Positions 1 to 13,080 of a stretch of DNA of 64,000 bases are shown here, piece by piece. Position numbers and translations under genes: made by a program. Location of the stretch: assembly GCF_001677475.2 (NCBI RefSeq), contig NZ_CP015229.1. One strand, 5' to 3'. The notes below the pieces were generated by a model. That model made no database searches. It was not told where the DNA came from and worked only from the letters and a program-made list of their open reading frames with translations. How positions within the stretch are numbered: position 1 is the first letter of the stretch; each line of letters opens with the position of its first letter. The stretch comes from Escherichia coli (GTDB lineage: Bacteria; Pseudomonadota; Gammaproteobacteria; Enterobacterales; Enterobacteriaceae).

Positions 1-684
1 GATCCACTGACCGTCGCGCAATACGGTAACTTCATCACATAACTGGAAGATTTCTTCCATTTTATGCGAGATATAAACAATACCGCAGCCGCGCTCTTTT
101 AATTTACGAATAATAGTGAACAGATGATTGACCTCTTTTTCGGTTAACGAAGAAGTCGGTTCATCCATAATCACAATTTTCGCGTTATAGGAAAACGCTT
201 TGGCGATTTCGATCATCTGCATTTGCGAAACGGATAATGTGCCGACGCGCGCACGCGGATCGATATCAATATCCAGTTCGTCAAAAATCGCTTTGGTTTC
301 GCGGTACATTTTGTCCTGATCGACAAACATGCCTTTGGTGGGATATCGCCCCAGCCACATGTTATCCATCACCGAACGTTGTAATACCAGGTTTAACTCC
401 TGGTGTACCATCGAAATACCATTTTCCAGGGCTTCTTTTGCAGAATGGAAATCGATCTCTTTACCCTGGAATAAAATGGTGCCGGAGTCTTTTTGATAAA
501 TACCAAACAGGCATTTTAATAATGTTGATTTTCCTGCGCCGTTTTCCCCCATTAATGCATGGATAGAATGTGGCCGGACTTTTAAATTAACGTTATCAAG
601 TGCCTTAACACCAGGAAAGGACTTGTTGATACCGCTCATTTCCAACAAGTATTCCCCGGAAGACGGAGTCGTTGAGCTGACCAT
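1..684 (-). CDS. mglA: Galactose/methyl-galactoside ABC transporter ATP-binding protein MglA, first 228 codons (3' end lies beyond the left window edge)
   Basis: Reverse-strand reading from ATG at 684-682 gives [32 protein letters not shown]... with Walker [10 protein letters not shown] and stays open to position 1. It lies directly downstream of mglB as in mglBAC. It is absent from the ORF track because no stop codon is in the window. Confidence 0.9.
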   Translation of the reverse strand, partial: MVSSTTPSSGEYLLEMSGINKSFPGVKALDNVNLKVRPHSIHALMGENGAGKSTLLKCLFGIYQKDSGTILFQGKEIDFHSAKEALENGISMVHQELNLVLQRSVMDNMWLGRYPTKGMFVDQDKMYRETKAIFDELDIDIDPRARVGTLSVSQMQMIEIAKAFSYNAKIVIMDEPTSSLTEKEVNHLFTIIRKLKERGCGIVYISHKMEEIFQLCDEVTVLRDGQWI

Positions 685-713
685 ATAATTTTACCTTGTT
701 GGCCATACAATAA

Positions 714-736
714 GGGCGCAGTAAACGACTGCGCCC
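714..736 (-). promoter_or_regulatory. Intercistronic GC-rich stem-loop between mglB and mglA
   Basis: GGGCGCAG / CTGCGCCC 8-bp inverted repeat with a 7-nt loop, immediately 3' of the mglB stop. There is no clear U-tract, so it is more likely an mRNA-stabilising or attenuating hairpin than a full terminator. Confidence 0.45.
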
Positions 737-744
737 AATCAGTC

Positions 745-1743
745 TTATTTCTTGCTGAATTCAGCCAGGTTGTCTTTATCTACGCCAACATAAGGTACGC
801 GGACCACTTTGTTGTCGATTTTCCAGTTGGTGCCATCAGCCGCACCTTTGCCATCGGCCAGGTTTTTGGCCAGATCAAAGGTCGCTTTCGCCTGGTTGTT
901 AGCATCGTTCAGTACGGTGCCCGCCAGTGCACCGGATTTCACCAGCGCCAGCGCTTCTGGCAGCGCATCGACGCCAAACACCGGAATGCTGGACTTGTTG
1001 TGTGCTTTCAGTGCTTCTACCGCGCCCATTGCCATCGCATCGTTGTTGGCGATAACCACTTCGATTTTGTTGGCGTTCGGGCCAGACAGCCAGGCGTCCA
1101 TCTTATCTTTCGCCTGAGCGGTATCCCACATAGCGGTATCTAACTGTAACTGTTCAGTTTTAATGCCTTTGTCGTTCAGCTCTTTAATCACGTAAGTAGT
1201 ACGCGCTTCTGCATCCGGATGGCCCGGTTCACCTTTCAGCAGTACGAATTGAATCTGACCGTCTTTGTTAAGATCCCAACCCTGATTCGCCGCCCAGTGT
1301 TTAGCAATCAAATCGCCCTGAATAATGCCGGACTCTTTGGAGTCAGTGCCAACGTAGTAGGCTTTGTCGTAGCTATCCAGCGCCTTACGAGACGGTTCTT
1401 TGTTAAAGAAAACCACCGGCACGTTTTGCCCACGCGCTTTCTCAATCACCGTACCCGCAGCTGCCGGGTCAACCAGGTTGATTGCCAGTGCCTTCACCCC
1501 TTTCGCCAGCAATACGTCGATCTGATCGTTCTGCTTGGACTGGTCATTCTGAGAATCATTCATCAGCAGCTGAACATCTGGCGCGGCTTTCGCATCTTGC
1601 TCAATAGCCTTGCGCACTACAGACATAAAGTTATCGTCGTACTTATAGATTGTTACACCAATGCGAGTATCAGCAGCGTGTGCAGCGGCACCGAATAACA
1701 TGCTGGCCATCACAGCAGATAGGGTTAACACCTTCTTATTCAT
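745..1743 (-). CDS. mglB: Periplasmic D-galactose/glucose-binding protein
   Basis: 332-aa ORF with signal peptide [23 protein letters not shown]. The full length matches E. coli MglB as I recall it, in mglBAC context. Confidence 0.97.
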   Translation of the reverse strand: MNKKVLTLSAVMASMLFGAAAHAADTRIGVTIYKYDDNFMSVVRKAIEQDAKAAPDVQLLMNDSQNDQSKQNDQIDVLLAKGVKALAINLVDPAAAGTVIEKARGQNVPVVFFNKEPSRKALDSYDKAYYVGTDSKESGIIQGDLIAKHWAANQGWDLNKDGQIQFVLLKGEPGHPDAEARTTYVIKELNDKGIKTEQLQLDTAMWDTAQAKDKMDAWLSGPNANKIEVVIANNDAMAMGAVEALKAHNKSSIPVFGVDALPEALALVKSGALAGTVLNDANNQAKATFDLAKNLADGKGAADGTNWKIDNKVVRVPYVGVDKDNLAEFSKK

Positions 1744-1994
1744 GGTATCTCCGGTTTTTCTTATGCAGGGTAGTGCTTGAGATAAATGCTCGGCGGGGCA
1801 GTAGAGTTAATGAAGTGTTACTGAACGCCGAAGCTCACTTTTTAAAATTCGTTCTTCCATGCCCGGTAACGCTCCAGAAAACGGCTTTAATTGTTGTTAT
1901 GACGCTATTACCTCGGTGAAAGTGATTATTCACTGTTACATACGGGTTACAACGTTAAAACGGTGCAATCATAGCTATCACATTGTTAAGATAC

Positions 1995-2010
1995 TGTGAA
2001 ATCACTCACA
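1995..2010. promoter_or_regulatory. CRP binding site of the mgl promoter
   Basis: TGTGAAATCACTCACA is a perfect match to the TGTGA-N6-TCACA core, upstream of mglB. Confidence 0.7.
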
Positions 2011-2012
2011 GA

Positions 2013-2028
2013 TTGAAAGCGGTTACAT
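2013..2028. promoter_or_regulatory. GalS/GalR-type operator adjacent to the mgl CRP site
   Basis: TTGAAAGCGGTTACAT (reverse complement ATGTAACCGCTTTCAA) resembles gal operators of the GTGNAANCGNTTNCAC type. Its right half GCGGTTACAT matches galOI as I remember it. Confidence 0.55.
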
Positions 2029-3063
2029 CGCCAGATTTGTTGAGTTAGTGATCGCCGCCGCATTCTGGCGCGTTGCGACAGAATGGCGACGCACTAACGT
2101 CGGCATAAAACAGTGGCTGGCACGAGGATCAATATTTCCTGCTGCCCCCTGCAAGGCCAGTTCGGTGGCTAATTTAGCCATTGAAGCAATGGGATAACGC
2201 ACGGTCGTTAATTGCGGGTCGGTGTAACGAGCGATGGGAATATCATCGAAACCGATGATTGAGAGATGTAACGGAATCGCAATGCCATTATCTTTTAATG
2301 CTGTCAGTGCGCCAGCGGCCATATTGTCGTTATAAGCAAATACAGCGGTAAGTTGTAGATTGCGCCCCAGCAGTTCAACCATCGCCGCCTCACCGCCCGG
2401 CATGTCCGGCGTGCCAGTGCCAATCCAGCTTTCCGGCGGAATAATATCCTGCTCTTTCAACGCACTCATCCAGCCTGCTTTACGCATGGCGTCATCTTCA
2501 ATGCCGTGGCTGGAAGAAAGATAACCAATACGTTGATGACCGTTATTCAGCAACATGCGCGTCGCCATTCGGGCACCGCTGAGATTATCCAGGCAAACGC
2601 AACGATGAGCGTACCCCGGCACAACGCGGTTGATTAACACCATACCGGGAATGTTATCCATAAATTGTGCCAGTTCATCGTCACTCAATGCTTTTGAGTG
2701 AACAATCAACGCATTACAACGTTGGCGAATTAACACCTCAATAGCGTGACGCTCTTTTGCCGCTTCATGATAGCTATTGCCGATTAGCACGTATTTCTGA
2801 TGCTGCTGGGCGACCAGATCCACCGCTTTTACCAGCGCGCCGAAAAACGCATCAGAAACGTCCATCACCACCACGCCAATGGTGTCGCTAACCTGAGTTG
2901 CCAGCGCCTGGGCATTGGCGTTTGGCCGATAATCCAGCTCACTCACGGCTTTCATTACTGCTTCACGCGTGTCGGCACTGACCAGCGTGCTGTTATTGAG
3001 CACCCGGGAAACCGTTGCCACAGAGACGCCAGCCTGACGCGCTACATCACGAATGGTGATCAT
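2023..3063 (-). CDS. galS: Galactose isorepressor GalS (LacI family)
   Basis: The ORF-track protein matches GalS. I chose the [23 protein letters not shown] start (346 aa), two codons inside the longest ORF. It has a LacI-type N-terminal HTH. Confidence 0.95.
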   Translation of the reverse strand: MITIRDVARQAGVSVATVSRVLNNSTLVSADTREAVMKAVSELDYRPNANAQALATQVSDTIGVVVMDVSDAFFGALVKAVDLVAQQHQKYVLIGNSYHEAAKERHAIEVLIRQRCNALIVHSKALSDDELAQFMDNIPGMVLINRVVPGYAHRCVCLDNLSGARMATRMLLNNGHQRIGYLSSSHGIEDDAMRKAGWMSALKEQDIIPPESWIGTGTPDMPGGEAAMVELLGRNLQLTAVFAYNDNMAAGALTALKDNGIAIPLHLSIIGFDDIPIARYTDPQLTTVRYPIASMAKLATELALQGAAGNIDPRASHCFMPTLVRRHSVATRQNAAAITNSTNLAM

Positions 3064-3139
3064 ATTCACTACCTGTTATGAGATTGCAGTAAATGACTGC
3101 TTGCTGGCGGCTATTTTGTCAGCACTGAATACAGGACTT

Positions 3140-3174
3140 CGTGAATCGAGTCACAGCAATGGAAACGGTTACAG
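3140..3174. promoter_or_regulatory. galS control region: CRP-like site plus gal-type operator
   Basis: CGTGAATCGAGTCACA (3140-3155, 9/10 of the CRP core) is followed by ATGGAAACGGTTACAG (3159-3174, gal-operator-like), upstream of the galS start. Confidence 0.5.
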
Positions 3175-3204
3175 CCGTTTTGTTAACGAATGTGATCCAG
3201 ATCG

Positions 3205-4362
3205 TTATCTTGATGTTTTAGATATTGCCGGTCCGGCAGCACGCAAAGTTAACTGACGCCAGAGCCATTCCACCGGCCCCTGGCGGAAGTAACGCAGCCA
3301 GATAACAGAGAAGAGGATATTCGCCAGCCATACCGGAATAACAAACGCCAGCAGCTCCAGGCGGTCAAAATGCATAAACAAACCGAGGTGGTAAAAAAGC
3401 GTGGTACAAATCAGCGTTTGCAATAGATAGTTGGTCAGCGCCATCCGTCCGACGCAGGCGATCGCAAGCACCAGCTTAAAGCGGCTCAATTGCGGCCAGA
3501 AGCCATAAAACAGCGACGCATAGCCAATCGCCTGAAACGGCGCACTCAGTTCCCGCGGCATTTGAAGTAAGAAGGCACACCAGCGATACGCCCAGTCCAG
3601 CTGCCATTGCAGGGCGATGGCAGGAAGGTTAATGATCACCCCAATCGCCACCAGCACAAAACCAGTACGACGATAGTGACGTAAGCTGAACTGCCCTTTC
3701 AGCCAGCCGCTGCGCATCAGCGCCGCACCAATGAGCATCATCCCTGCCAGTTGCCAGCCATACTGTGCGCCCAGTGCCAGTAAACTGTTCCCAACACCAT
3801 CGGCACGATTACTGATCGCTTCAACACCACCATGAAGTTTCCAGTATTTTTCATACAAAATAGTCGACGCATCAGGCGTCCAGGCACGGCTGGTCTGGCT
3901 GTCGGAAATCAGCCCCAATAACAGCAAAACGCCAAGCCCCACCAGATAAAGCATGACGCCGGTATTAAACAGGCTTTTTACCGATGGCGCATCGCGCACC
4001 AGCCGCCAGCAGATTAAGCCCACCAGCCCGTAAGCCAGCAGAATATCGCCGTCCCAGAACAATAAACCGTGAATAAAGCCCAGCAAGACTAACAGCGTTA
4101 ACCGCGACTGGATCCAGCGTCTGCCACGGGGCAGCAACATTTGCAGGCCCGCACCAAACAGCAGCGCAAAAAGCGTGAGGAATTTCACCTGGCCGATGAG
4201 ATCGAGAAATGCCCAGGTCCATGCATCCTGTGGCGTAATAGCGCCATACCAGGCGGGATTAAGATAAGCCGCCTTTGGTAGCCCAAAGGCGCTGATGTTT
4301 AATAGCAGGATCCCCAGAATGGCGACGCCGCGAACAAAATCGAGCGTGACGTTGCGCTCCAT
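3205..4362 (-). CDS. yeiB: Inner-membrane protein YeiB (DUF418 family)
   Basis: 385-aa polytopic membrane ORF at the position and with the length of K-12 YeiB. Confidence 0.9.
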   Translation of the reverse strand: MERNVTLDFVRGVAILGILLLNISAFGLPKAAYLNPAWYGAITPQDAWTWAFLDLIGQVKFLTLFALLFGAGLQMLLPRGRRWIQSRLTLLVLLGFIHGLLFWDGDILLAYGLVGLICWRLVRDAPSVKSLFNTGVMLYLVGLGVLLLLGLISDSQTSRAWTPDASTILYEKYWKLHGGVEAISNRADGVGNSLLALGAQYGWQLAGMMLIGAALMRSGWLKGQFSLRHYRRTGFVLVAIGVIINLPAIALQWQLDWAYRWCAFLLQMPRELSAPFQAIGYASLFYGFWPQLSRFKLVLAIACVGRMALTNYLLQTLICTTLFYHLGLFMHFDRLELLAFVIPVWLANILFSVIWLRYFRQGPVEWLWRQLTLRAAGPAISKTSR

Positions 4363-4378
4363 GGTTCCTGCCTTTTAA

Positions 4379-5047
4379 TCAGTTGTGATGACGCACAGCG
4401 CGCAGAAACTCGTGGCGCGTATTCTGACTGGATTTGAACAATCCACCAAGAGAGGTCGTTGTCGTGGCACTGGTTGCATCGCGGATGCCGCGCGCTTTCA
4501 CGCAGTAATGCACCGCGTCGATAGAGACAGCCACGTTATTGGTGCCCAGCAGCGTTTGTAGCGCAATGAGAATTTGCTGGGTCAGACGTTCCTGTACCTG
4601 TGGGCGCTGGGCAAAGAACTGCACGATGCGGTTAATTTTTGACAGACCGATCACCGAATCTTTCGGGATATAAGCCACCGTCGCTTTGCCATCGATGGTA
4701 ACAAAATGGTGTTCACAGGTGCTGGTCAGGGTGATATCGCGCACGGTGACCATTTCATCGACCTTCATTTTGTTTTCAATGAGGGTGATTTTCGGGAAAT
4801 TGGCGTAATCCAGACCGGAGAAAATTTCATCGACATACATTTTAGCGATGCGATGCGGCGTTTCCATCAAACTGTCATCAGCCAGGTCGAGATTCAGCAG
4901 CTGCATGATTTCGGTCATATGACCAGCAATAAGGCTTTTGCGCGTTTCGTTATCCATTTCATGCACGGGCGGGCGCAGCGGTGTTTCCAGTCCTCGCGCA
5001 ACTAACGCTTCATGAACCAGGGCCGCTTCTTTACTGAGTGATGGCAT
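4379..5047 (-). CDS. folE: GTP cyclohydrolase I
   Basis: 222-aa [27 protein letters not shown]... containing the CEHH zinc motif (TSTCEHHF). It matches FolE. Confidence 0.97.
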
Positions 5048-5271
5048 TTATGATTTCTCCTGCAGGTGTGACGCCTCCGCCCTGCGTGGGGGCAAAGTTA
5101 TTAAGCTGATTTACAGCCTGATTATTGTGCGTGAGGCGGCGCACATAATCCAGTATTCACAGCGATAATTATTGTAATTGCCGCTGCCTTTCATCAGCAG
5201 ATGTTAAAACATCGTTATGCAAATACGGAAGTGAAAGTTACTCACAGCACATTGAATAAACGGTATGATGA

Positions 5272-6141
<870 letters not shown>

Positions 6142-6172
6142 AAGTCCGCCCGGTTCGCCGGGCATCTTCTCA

Positions 6173-8152
6173 TCAGAAGCGATAATCCACTGCCATAAAG
6201 TAACGACGTCCGTCTTCGTTATAGCTGTAGTCATCACGACTGAGATCCTTGTCGCCAAGGTTCAGCACGCCTGCGCGCAGTTTGACGTCTTTAGTTACCT
6301 GCCAGGCCGCGCCGGTATTCCAGATGGTATAACCGCCCGGTGTTTTAGCCGTAGCGCTGTCGGCTCGTTTCTGCCCGGTATAGTGCCCAGAAACATAGAA
6401 TGACCAGTCTTCCAGCGCCAGCGGTTTCCAGTCCAGCGTACCGTTAGCGGTATGGAACGGCAGATCGGATAGCGGTTTGTTTTCGCCGTTGCTGACATCA
6501 CGACCATCGTTGTAGGTGTAGTTGAGTGACAGTTTCCATTCATCGTTGAACGGAATTTTCAGTTCGGTTTCCACGCCCTGAATACGAGCTTTGTTAACGT
6601 TGTAGTAGCTAAATACCGGCACACCGTTCGCTGTAAAACCAACAAAGTTTTGGTAGCCCGGTGCAGCATTGACGTCAGACGTACGGCTGATGCTGATACG
6701 ATCTTTCACATCGTTACGGAAAACGGTAACGCTGGATTCAACCCCTTCCAGCCAGCCTTCTTCACCCATGTAGTAAAGCCCCAGCTCCCAACTTTCGCTG
6801 GTTTCTGGTTTCAGATCCGGGCTACCCACAATCTTACATGCGCCACGGCAGGAATTGCTCGTCCAGTCAGGGCTAAGTTGCAACAGAGAAGGTGCTTTAA
6901 AAGCTGTCGCCCAGCCCCCTTTCACCGTTACGGTGTCGGTGGCGTTATAAACCAGGTAGGCACGCGGACTCCAGTGTTCACCGTAGGTTTCGTGATCGTC
7001 CATACGCACGCCGGTCGTCAGCGCCAGCGGCTCGAAGATCCGCCATTCATCTTCCACAAATAGCGCGTACTGGCTGGCAGACGTTTTGGAGCTGGTTCCC
7101 CCGGTCAGGTTCACCGCATCACTAAGTTTGTCGTGACGCCATTCACCGCCAACCGTGAGAAACTGATTAATCGCCGTCAGCGGCAACGTGTATTTGCCGT
7201 CGACCGTATTGCTTTCGGAAGTTATCGGACTGCTGTTGCCAGGGTTTTTATTCTCGACTTTCTCACCGTAGTATTTCAGTTCGCTGGTGCCGTAATCCCA
7301 ACGCCCATTATGGCTGACGGAGTAGTTCTGGCGTTCCAGGCGGTTTTTGTCCAGCGAGTCGGAATCACGATCCTGACGGTCGAAACCGTATCCGGCAGTA
7401 AAATCGTGATTTTGATTCGGTGTCCAGGCAAATTCGACATTGCCGTCGCGGCTGGAGAATCCTTCAATACGCGGCGTTTCTCCGGTATCGGTTGTCGTTG
7501 AGTTTTGCGGGTCATCCTTTTCACGTTTTGCCAGGCTGCCGTAAGCTTTCATTCCCAGCACACCGTCAATTAATGGTCCGCTGGTAAAGAACTGACCGTT
7601 ATAGGTATCACCGCGATCGCGATGTTCCTGAATGGTGGTATCGACGGTAACGGTACCCGACCATTTCTGACCGATTTTTTTGGTGATGATATTCACTACA
7701 CCGCCGAGCGCATCGGAACCGTACAGCGACGACATCGGGCCACGAACCACTTCAATACGTTCGATGGAATCGACCGGGATCCAGTTCAGATCGAAATCAT
7801 TGTGGCGGAAGACGGCATTGCGGGAGTTAACGCGTTTACCGTCGACAAGAATCAGGGTATAGCTGCTGTCCAGACCACGAATACTAACGCCCTTACGGTT
7901 ATCCCCTTCGTTCGTCAGTTGTACGCCAGGCACTTCTTTGAGGACATCCTTCAGATTCTGTACCGGTTTTCGCTGTAGGTCTTCCTGGGTAATGACGCTG
8001 ATACTGGCGGGAGCATCTTTAAGGTTTTGTTCAACGGAAGATGCAGTGACAACCATCGTTTCGCCATCATCATCGACCGCTAACACAGGCCATGCACAAG
8101 AAATAGCGGACAAACACAGCCCGACCCGTACGAAAGGGTTCAACCTAAACAT
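6173..8152 (-). CDS. cirA: TonB-dependent catecholate-siderophore / colicin Ia-Ib receptor
   Basis: 659-aa ORF with a signal peptide, the TonB box ETMVVTA, a plug domain and the terminal ...AVDYRF beta-barrel motif. It matches CirA. Confidence 0.95.
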   Translation of the reverse strand: MFRLNPFVRVGLCLSAISCAWPVLAVDDDGETMVVTASSVEQNLKDAPASISVITQEDLQRKPVQNLKDVLKEVPGVQLTNEGDNRKGVSIRGLDSSYTLILVDGKRVNSRNAVFRHNDFDLNWIPVDSIERIEVVRGPMSSLYGSDALGGVVNIITKKIGQKWSGTVTVDTTIQEHRDRGDTYNGQFFTSGPLIDGVLGMKAYGSLAKREKDDPQNSTTTDTGETPRIEGFSSRDGNVEFAWTPNQNHDFTAGYGFDRQDRDSDSLDKNRLERQNYSVSHNGRWDYGTSELKYYGEKVENKNPGNSSPITSESNTVDGKYTLPLTAINQFLTVGGEWRHDKLSDAVNLTGGTSSKTSASQYALFVEDEWRIFEPLALTTGVRMDDHETYGEHWSPRAYLVYNATDTVTVKGGWATAFKAPSLLQLSPDWTSNSCRGACKIVGSPDLKPETSESWELGLYYMGEEGWLEGVESSVTVFRNDVKDRISISRTSDVNAAPGYQNFVGFTANGVPVFSYYNVNKARIQGVETELKIPFNDEWKLSLNYTYNDGRDVSNGENKPLSDLPFHTANGTLDWKPLALEDWSFYVSGHYTGQKRADSATAKTPGGYTIWNTGAAWQVTKDVKLRAGVLNLGDKDLSRDDYSYNEDGRRYFMAVDYRF

Positions 8153-8321
8153 TCCATATCTCCATGAGGTAACTACGAAAATAAAATGGGTTATCGCTCA
8201 CATCTTCTTCACGTCCCCTTGCGTACGGCAGCATCGCGGTGGACTTATTTATATGCAGGTGATCATCCCAGAAAGCCGGAACAGCCTCTGATTTGTCAGC
8301 CTTTTTTGATTGCGGCGTAAC

Positions 8322-8348
8322 GATAATGCAAACGATAACAATTATCAA
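8322..8348. promoter_or_regulatory. Fur box(es) upstream of cirA
   Basis: GATAATGCAAACGATAACAATTATCAA contains overlapping GATAAT / GATAAC / AATTATC hexamers of the Fur consensus GATAATGATAATCATTATC. cirA is a known Fur-regulated gene. Confidence 0.6.
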
Positions 8349-8397
8349 TCCAAATGTTAAATTTTATATCCGCATGATTTGTCAGGGAAATGGAATT

Positions 8398-8424
8398 GAA
8401 AAAGCCCTCTCGGTTGAGAGGGCT
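8398..8424 (-). terminator. Rho-independent terminator of lysP
   Basis: AGCCCTCTC-GGTT-GAGAGGGCT hairpin about 20 nt after the lysP stop, followed on the minus strand by TTTTT. Confidence 0.75.
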
Positions 8425-8443
8425 TAGCAAGGAAGGGAGAAAC

Positions 8444-9913
8444 TTATTTCTTATCGTTCTGCGGGAACTTCATTTCGCTGTAGCGTACGAAGTGAGTTCC
8501 TTTAATCAGCTTGTAGCCGAACCAAATAATCAGGAACAGCGGGATACCAATATACGTTGCCGCTACGCCGCCCCAGTCAATGGTATCTTTCAGGAATGCT
8601 TCGTAGTTCTGGCCCAAAGTGATAATCAGACACAGAATGAATGCGAAGATCGGCCCCAGTGGGAAGAAACCTGAACGGTACGGCAGATCGTTAATGTCGT
8701 GTCCCTGCAATACGTAACCGCGACGGAAGCGATAGTGGCTAATGGCAATCCCCAGCCAGGCGATAAAACCCGTCATCCCGGAGGTGTTCAGCAGCCACAG
8801 GTATACCGTCTGATTGCCAAACATGGAGGTCAGGAAGCACAGACCGGCAATCACCGTCGTCGCATACAGCGCATTACGCGGCACGCCACCACGCGACAGT
8901 TTAGCGAAAATGCGCGGCGCTTTACCGTCACACGCCAGGGTGTACAGCATACGAGTAGACGCATACATACCGGAGTTACCCGCTGACAGCACCGCCGTCA
9001 GAATAACTGCGTTCATCACCGCCGCCGCAGAGAGCAGACCCGCGTGCTGGAACACCAGGGTGAACGGACTGACGCTGATGTCTTTAACATCGTTACGCAG
9101 CAGGCTCGGATCGGTGTACGGAATAATCAGGCTGATAATCAGGATCGCGAACACATAGAACAACAGGATTCGCCAGAACACCTGACGTACCGCGCGTGGA
9201 ATGTTTTTCGCCGGATCTTCGGACTCGCCTGCAGCAATACCGATCAGCTCGGTTCCCTGGAAAGAGAAGCCGACAATCATAGCTACGCCGATCATCGCCG
9301 CAAAACCACCAGCAAACGGCGCTTCGCCGATTGTCCAGTTGCTCCAGCCCGCAGGCTGCGCGCCTTTGAAGATACCGATAATCATCAGCACGCCAACGAT
9401 GATAAAGACAATAACTGTCGTGACTTTGATCAGTGAGAACCAGTATTCCGCTTCACCAAAGCCACGAACTGAGATGTAGTTCAGCAGGAAGATAACGCCG
9501 AGGAACAGCGCACTCCAGATCCAGCCCGGTGTATCCGGGAACCACCAGCTCATGACCAGCTGAGCTGCAACCAGGTCAACGGCGATAGTCACCGCCCAGT
9601 TGTACCAGTAGTTCCAGCCCAGCGCGAAGCCAAAGCCTTCTTCAACATAGTTCTGACCATAAGTGGCAAACGAACCGGAAACCGGCATATATGCAGCCAG
9701 TTCACCGAGACTGGTCATCAGGAAGTAAACCATCAGGCCAATCAACATATACGAGAGCAATGCCCCGCCCGGACCTGCCTGAGAAATCGTTGCGCCAGAG
9801 GCAACAAAAAGACCTGTACCGATGGAACCGCCAATGGCAATCATCGTCAGGTGACGCGCCTTTAATTCACGGAGTAAGCCCGGCGCTTCTGTGGTTTTAG
9901 TTTCGGAAACCAT
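8444..9913 (-). CDS. lysP: Lysine-specific permease (APC family)
   Basis: 489-aa 12-TM ORF MVSETKTTEAPGL... matching LysP. Confidence 0.97.
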   Translation of the reverse strand: MVSETKTTEAPGLLRELKARHLTMIAIGGSIGTGLFVASGATISQAGPGGALLSYMLIGLMVYFLMTSLGELAAYMPVSGSFATYGQNYVEEGFGFALGWNYWYNWAVTIAVDLVAAQLVMSWWFPDTPGWIWSALFLGVIFLLNYISVRGFGEAEYWFSLIKVTTVIVFIIVGVLMIIGIFKGAQPAGWSNWTIGEAPFAGGFAAMIGVAMIVGFSFQGTELIGIAAGESEDPAKNIPRAVRQVFWRILLFYVFAILIISLIIPYTDPSLLRNDVKDISVSPFTLVFQHAGLLSAAAVMNAVILTAVLSAGNSGMYASTRMLYTLACDGKAPRIFAKLSRGGVPRNALYATTVIAGLCFLTSMFGNQTVYLWLLNTSGMTGFIAWLGIAISHYRFRRGYVLQGHDINDLPYRSGFFPLGPIFAFILCLIITLGQNYEAFLKDTIDWGGVAATYIGIPLFLIIWFGYKLIKGTHFVRYSEMKFPQNDKK

Positions 9914-10117
9914 ACAAAAATGCTATCCATCTTAAAAATGAGGCGCGATTGTAGCAGACGATTGGCAATCCTTCCGGCAGAAATACACGGTTATAAGACA
10001 CCTTCATGATCGCCCAGGGATTATAAGTAAAGCAGCCAATCTCTTTTCTGGCGAATGCATGCTGAGGGCGCTGCGTCACGAAATCGACACAGCACCAGCA
10101 TGTTCTTGTACAGCAAC

Positions 10118-10999
10118 TTAACGCGGTACATTCGCGGGATCGCAATAGTCCAGAAAGCGCCGTAGCGCGTTGGAAAGGTGTTTTTGCCGATGATGTATAC
10201 GCCACAACGTACGCATCAGGCGCGGCAGAGGGACCGCAACTTCACTTAATGTGCCTGCCTGCAATTGATCTTCAATCACCCGTCGCGACAGGCAACTAAT
10301 TCCCAACCCATGACGCACCGCATGTTTGATTGCCTCGGAGTTACCTAATTCCATCGCCATCTCAAACTTCGGTAAATGTGACAGCAACAGATAATCGACA
10401 ATCTCCCGCGTGCCGGAGCCGCGTTCACGCAGGATCCACGGCGCAGCGGCCAGCTGTTCTAAGGTGACCGGACCACGAGCCAATGGCGAAGTCGGCGCGG
10501 CGAAAACCACCAGCTCGTCTTCCAGCCACGGTTCAGAAATGATTTCAGTGCTGTGGCACGGTCCTTCAATAAAGCCAATATCAACGCGGAAATCCAGCAC
10601 CGCTTGCATCACGTCCTGGCTGTTCCCAACGCTAAGTTCAATCGGCAACTGCGGATAATCATGGCGATAACGGGCGATAACTGCAGGCAGAATGTAGTTA
10701 CCGATGGTACTACTGGCATAGATACGAATCGCGCCGTTGTCTTCGCGAAACAGTTGTTCGATTTCAACCGCCTGTTCAAGTAGTGCCAACGCACGCGGAT
10801 AGAGCAGCCGCCCGTGTTCATTAACAACTAGTCTTTTACCCACGCGATCAAACAATTGCACGCCAAGCTGCCCTTCCAGGTCGGTCAAGGCTGCGCTCAC
10901 TGCTGATTGCGACAACGCCAGCATCACCGACGCCTGGGTGGTTGATCCACTTTTCAATACTTCTGCAAAAACTTCCAACTGCCGGAGGGTGATGTGCAT
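10118..10999 (-). CDS. yeiE: LysR-family transcriptional regulator YeiE
   Basis: 293-aa ORF with an N-terminal LysR HTH ([24 protein letters not shown]), divergent from yeiH as in K-12. Confidence 0.93.
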
Positions 11000-11097
11000 A
11001 GTCGCTTACCACTTATAAAGATTAATTATAAATATATAATCAATTTTATTTTTAAACCAGTTAGTCGTAACCTTATGCCCGGTTAAAGGAGAGGGTT

Positions 11098-12147
11098 ATG
11101 ACGAATATCACCTTACAGAAACAACATCGTACACTGTGGCATTTTATTCCGGGGTTAGCCCTGAGTGCAGTTATCACCGGGGTCGCCCTGTGGGGTGGTT
11201 CCATTCCCGCGGTTGCGGGTGCCGGGTTTAGTGCCCTCACCCTCGCAATCTTGTTGGGGATGGTTTTAGGCAACACCATCTATCCGCACATCTGGAAAAG
11301 CTGTGACGGTGGTGTGCTGTTTGCCAAGCAATATTTATTACGTCTGGGTATCATTCTTTATGGCTTCCGTCTGACGTTCTCGCAAATTGCCGATGTCGGT
11401 ATCAGTGGGATCATCATTGACGTGCTGACGCTGTCCAGTACCTTCCTGCTGGCTTGCTTCCTGGGGCAGAAAGTGTTTGGTCTGGATAAGCACACCAGCT
11501 GGTTGATCGGTGCCGGTAGCAGTATCTGTGGCGCTGCCGCGGTACTGGCGACTGAGCCGGTAGTGAAAGCGGAAGCCAGTAAAGTAACCGTGGCTGTTGC
11601 AACCGTTGTTATCTTCGGGACCGTCGCGATTTTCCTCTACCCGGCGATATATCCGCTGATGTCTCAATGGTTTAGTCCGGAAACTTTCGGTATCTACATT
11701 GGTTCTACTGTGCACGAAGTGGCGCAGGTGGTGGCGGCAGGTCATGCCATCAGCCCGGATGCAGAAAACGCAGCAGTTATTTCCAAAATGCTGCGCGTGA
11801 TGATGCTGGCTCCGTTCCTCATCCTGCTGGCGGCGCGTGTTAAACAGCTGTCTGGGGCGAACAGCGGCGAGAAAAGCAAAATCACTATTCCGTGGTTTGC
11901 CATCTTGTTCATCGTAGTTGCCATCTTTAACTCGTTCCACCTGTTACCGCAGAGTGTGGTGAACATGCTGGTAACGCTGGATACCTTCCTGCTGGCAATG
12001 GCGATGGCGGCGCTGGGTCTGACCACTCACGTCAGCGCGCTGAAAAAAGCCGGGGCGAAACCTCTGCTGATGGCACTGGTACTGTTTGCCTGGCTGATTG
12101 TTGGTGGTGGTGCGATTAACTATGTGATTCAAAGCGTCATCGCATAA
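11098..12147 (+). CDS. yeiH: UPF0324 inner-membrane protein YeiH
   Basis: 349-aa polytopic membrane ORF, divergent from yeiE. Confidence 0.92.
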   Translation: MTNITLQKQHRTLWHFIPGLALSAVITGVALWGGSIPAVAGAGFSALTLAILLGMVLGNTIYPHIWKSCDGGVLFAKQYLLRLGIILYGFRLTFSQIADVGISGIIIDVLTLSSTFLLACFLGQKVFGLDKHTSWLIGAGSSICGAAAVLATEPVVKAEASKVTVAVATVVIFGTVAIFLYPAIYPLMSQWFSPETFGIYIGSTVHEVAQVVAAGHAISPDAENAAVISKMLRVMMLAPFLILLAARVKQLSGANSGEKSKITIPWFAILFIVVAIFNSFHLLPQSVVNMLVTLDTFLLAMAMAALGLTTHVSALKKAGAKPLLMALVLFAWLIVGGGAINYVIQSVIA

Positions 12148-12220
12148 ACCACTACATCTTGCTCCTGTTAACCCGCTATCATTACCGTTTTCCTCCAGCG
12201 GGTTTAACAGGAGTCCTCGC

Positions 12221-13078
12221 ATGAAATACATTGGAGCGCACGTTAGTGCTGCTGGCGGTCTGGCAAATGCCGCAATTCGCGCCGCCGAAATCGACGCAAC
12301 CGCGTTTGCCTTGTTCACCAAAAACCAACGTCAGTGGCGTGCCGCACCGCTCACGACGCAAACCATCGATGAATTCAAAGCCGCCTGTGAAAAATATCAC
12401 TACACATCGGCGCAAATTCTTCCCCACGACAGTTATCTGATTAACCTCGGACATCCGGTCACTGAAGCTCTGGAAAAATCGCGCGATGCCTTTATAGATG
12501 AAATGCAGCGTTGCGAACAGCTGGGGCTTTCTTTGCTCAACTTCCACCCTGGCAGCCATCTGATGCAGATTTCAGAAGAGGATTGCCTTGCGCGTATTGC
12601 CGAATCCATCAACATTGCGCTGGATAAAACTCAAGGTGTAACAGCGGTGATTGAAAACACCGCCGGTCAGGGCAGCAATTTAGGGTTTAAATTCGAACAT
12701 CTCGCGGCGATTATCGATGGCGTGGAAGATAAATCCCGCGTCGGCGTCTGCATTGATACCTGCCATGCTTTCGCTGCCGGGTATGATTTGCGTACTCCAG
12801 CCGAATGCGAGAAAACGTTCGCTGATTTTGCCCGTATTGTTGGCTTTAAGTATCTGCGTGGGATGCACCTTAACGATGCGAAAAGCACCTTTGGCAGCCG
12901 CGTTGACCGCCATCATAGCCTCGGTGAAGGCAATATCGGTCATGATGCGTTCCGCTGGATCATGCAAGACGACCGTTTCGACGGCATTCCGCTGATCCTT
13001 GAAACCATCAACCCGGATATCTGGGCAGAAGAGATCGCCTGGCTGAAAGCGCAACAAACTGAAAAAGCGGTAGCCTGA
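12221..13078 (+). CDS. nfo: Endonuclease IV (AP endonuclease)
   Basis: 285-aa [42 protein letters not shown]... matching Nfo. Confidence 0.97.
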   Translation: MKYIGAHVSAAGGLANAAIRAAEIDATAFALFTKNQRQWRAAPLTTQTIDEFKAACEKYHYTSAQILPHDSYLINLGHPVTEALEKSRDAFIDEMQRCEQLGLSLLNFHPGSHLMQISEEDCLARIAESINIALDKTQGVTAVIENTAGQGSNLGFKFEHLAAIIDGVEDKSRVGVCIDTCHAFAAGYDLRTPAECEKTFADFARIVGFKYLRGMHLNDAKSTFGSRVDRHHSLGEGNIGHDAFRWIMQDDRFDGIPLILETINPDIWAEEIAWLKAQQTEKAVA

Positions 13079-13080
13079 AG

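Noticed and set aside
237-566. 109-aa plus-strand ORF at the left edge
   Set aside because: It is antisense to the clearly recognisable mglA coding sequence.
6611-6646. CirA is 659 aa here, whereas I recall 663 aa for K-12, with the difference in an extracellular-loop segment (...[17 protein letters not shown]...)
   Set aside because: I cannot verify the K-12 sequence from memory with enough certainty. This is probably ordinary allelic variation in a surface loop of a colicin and phage receptor. It would need an actual alignment.
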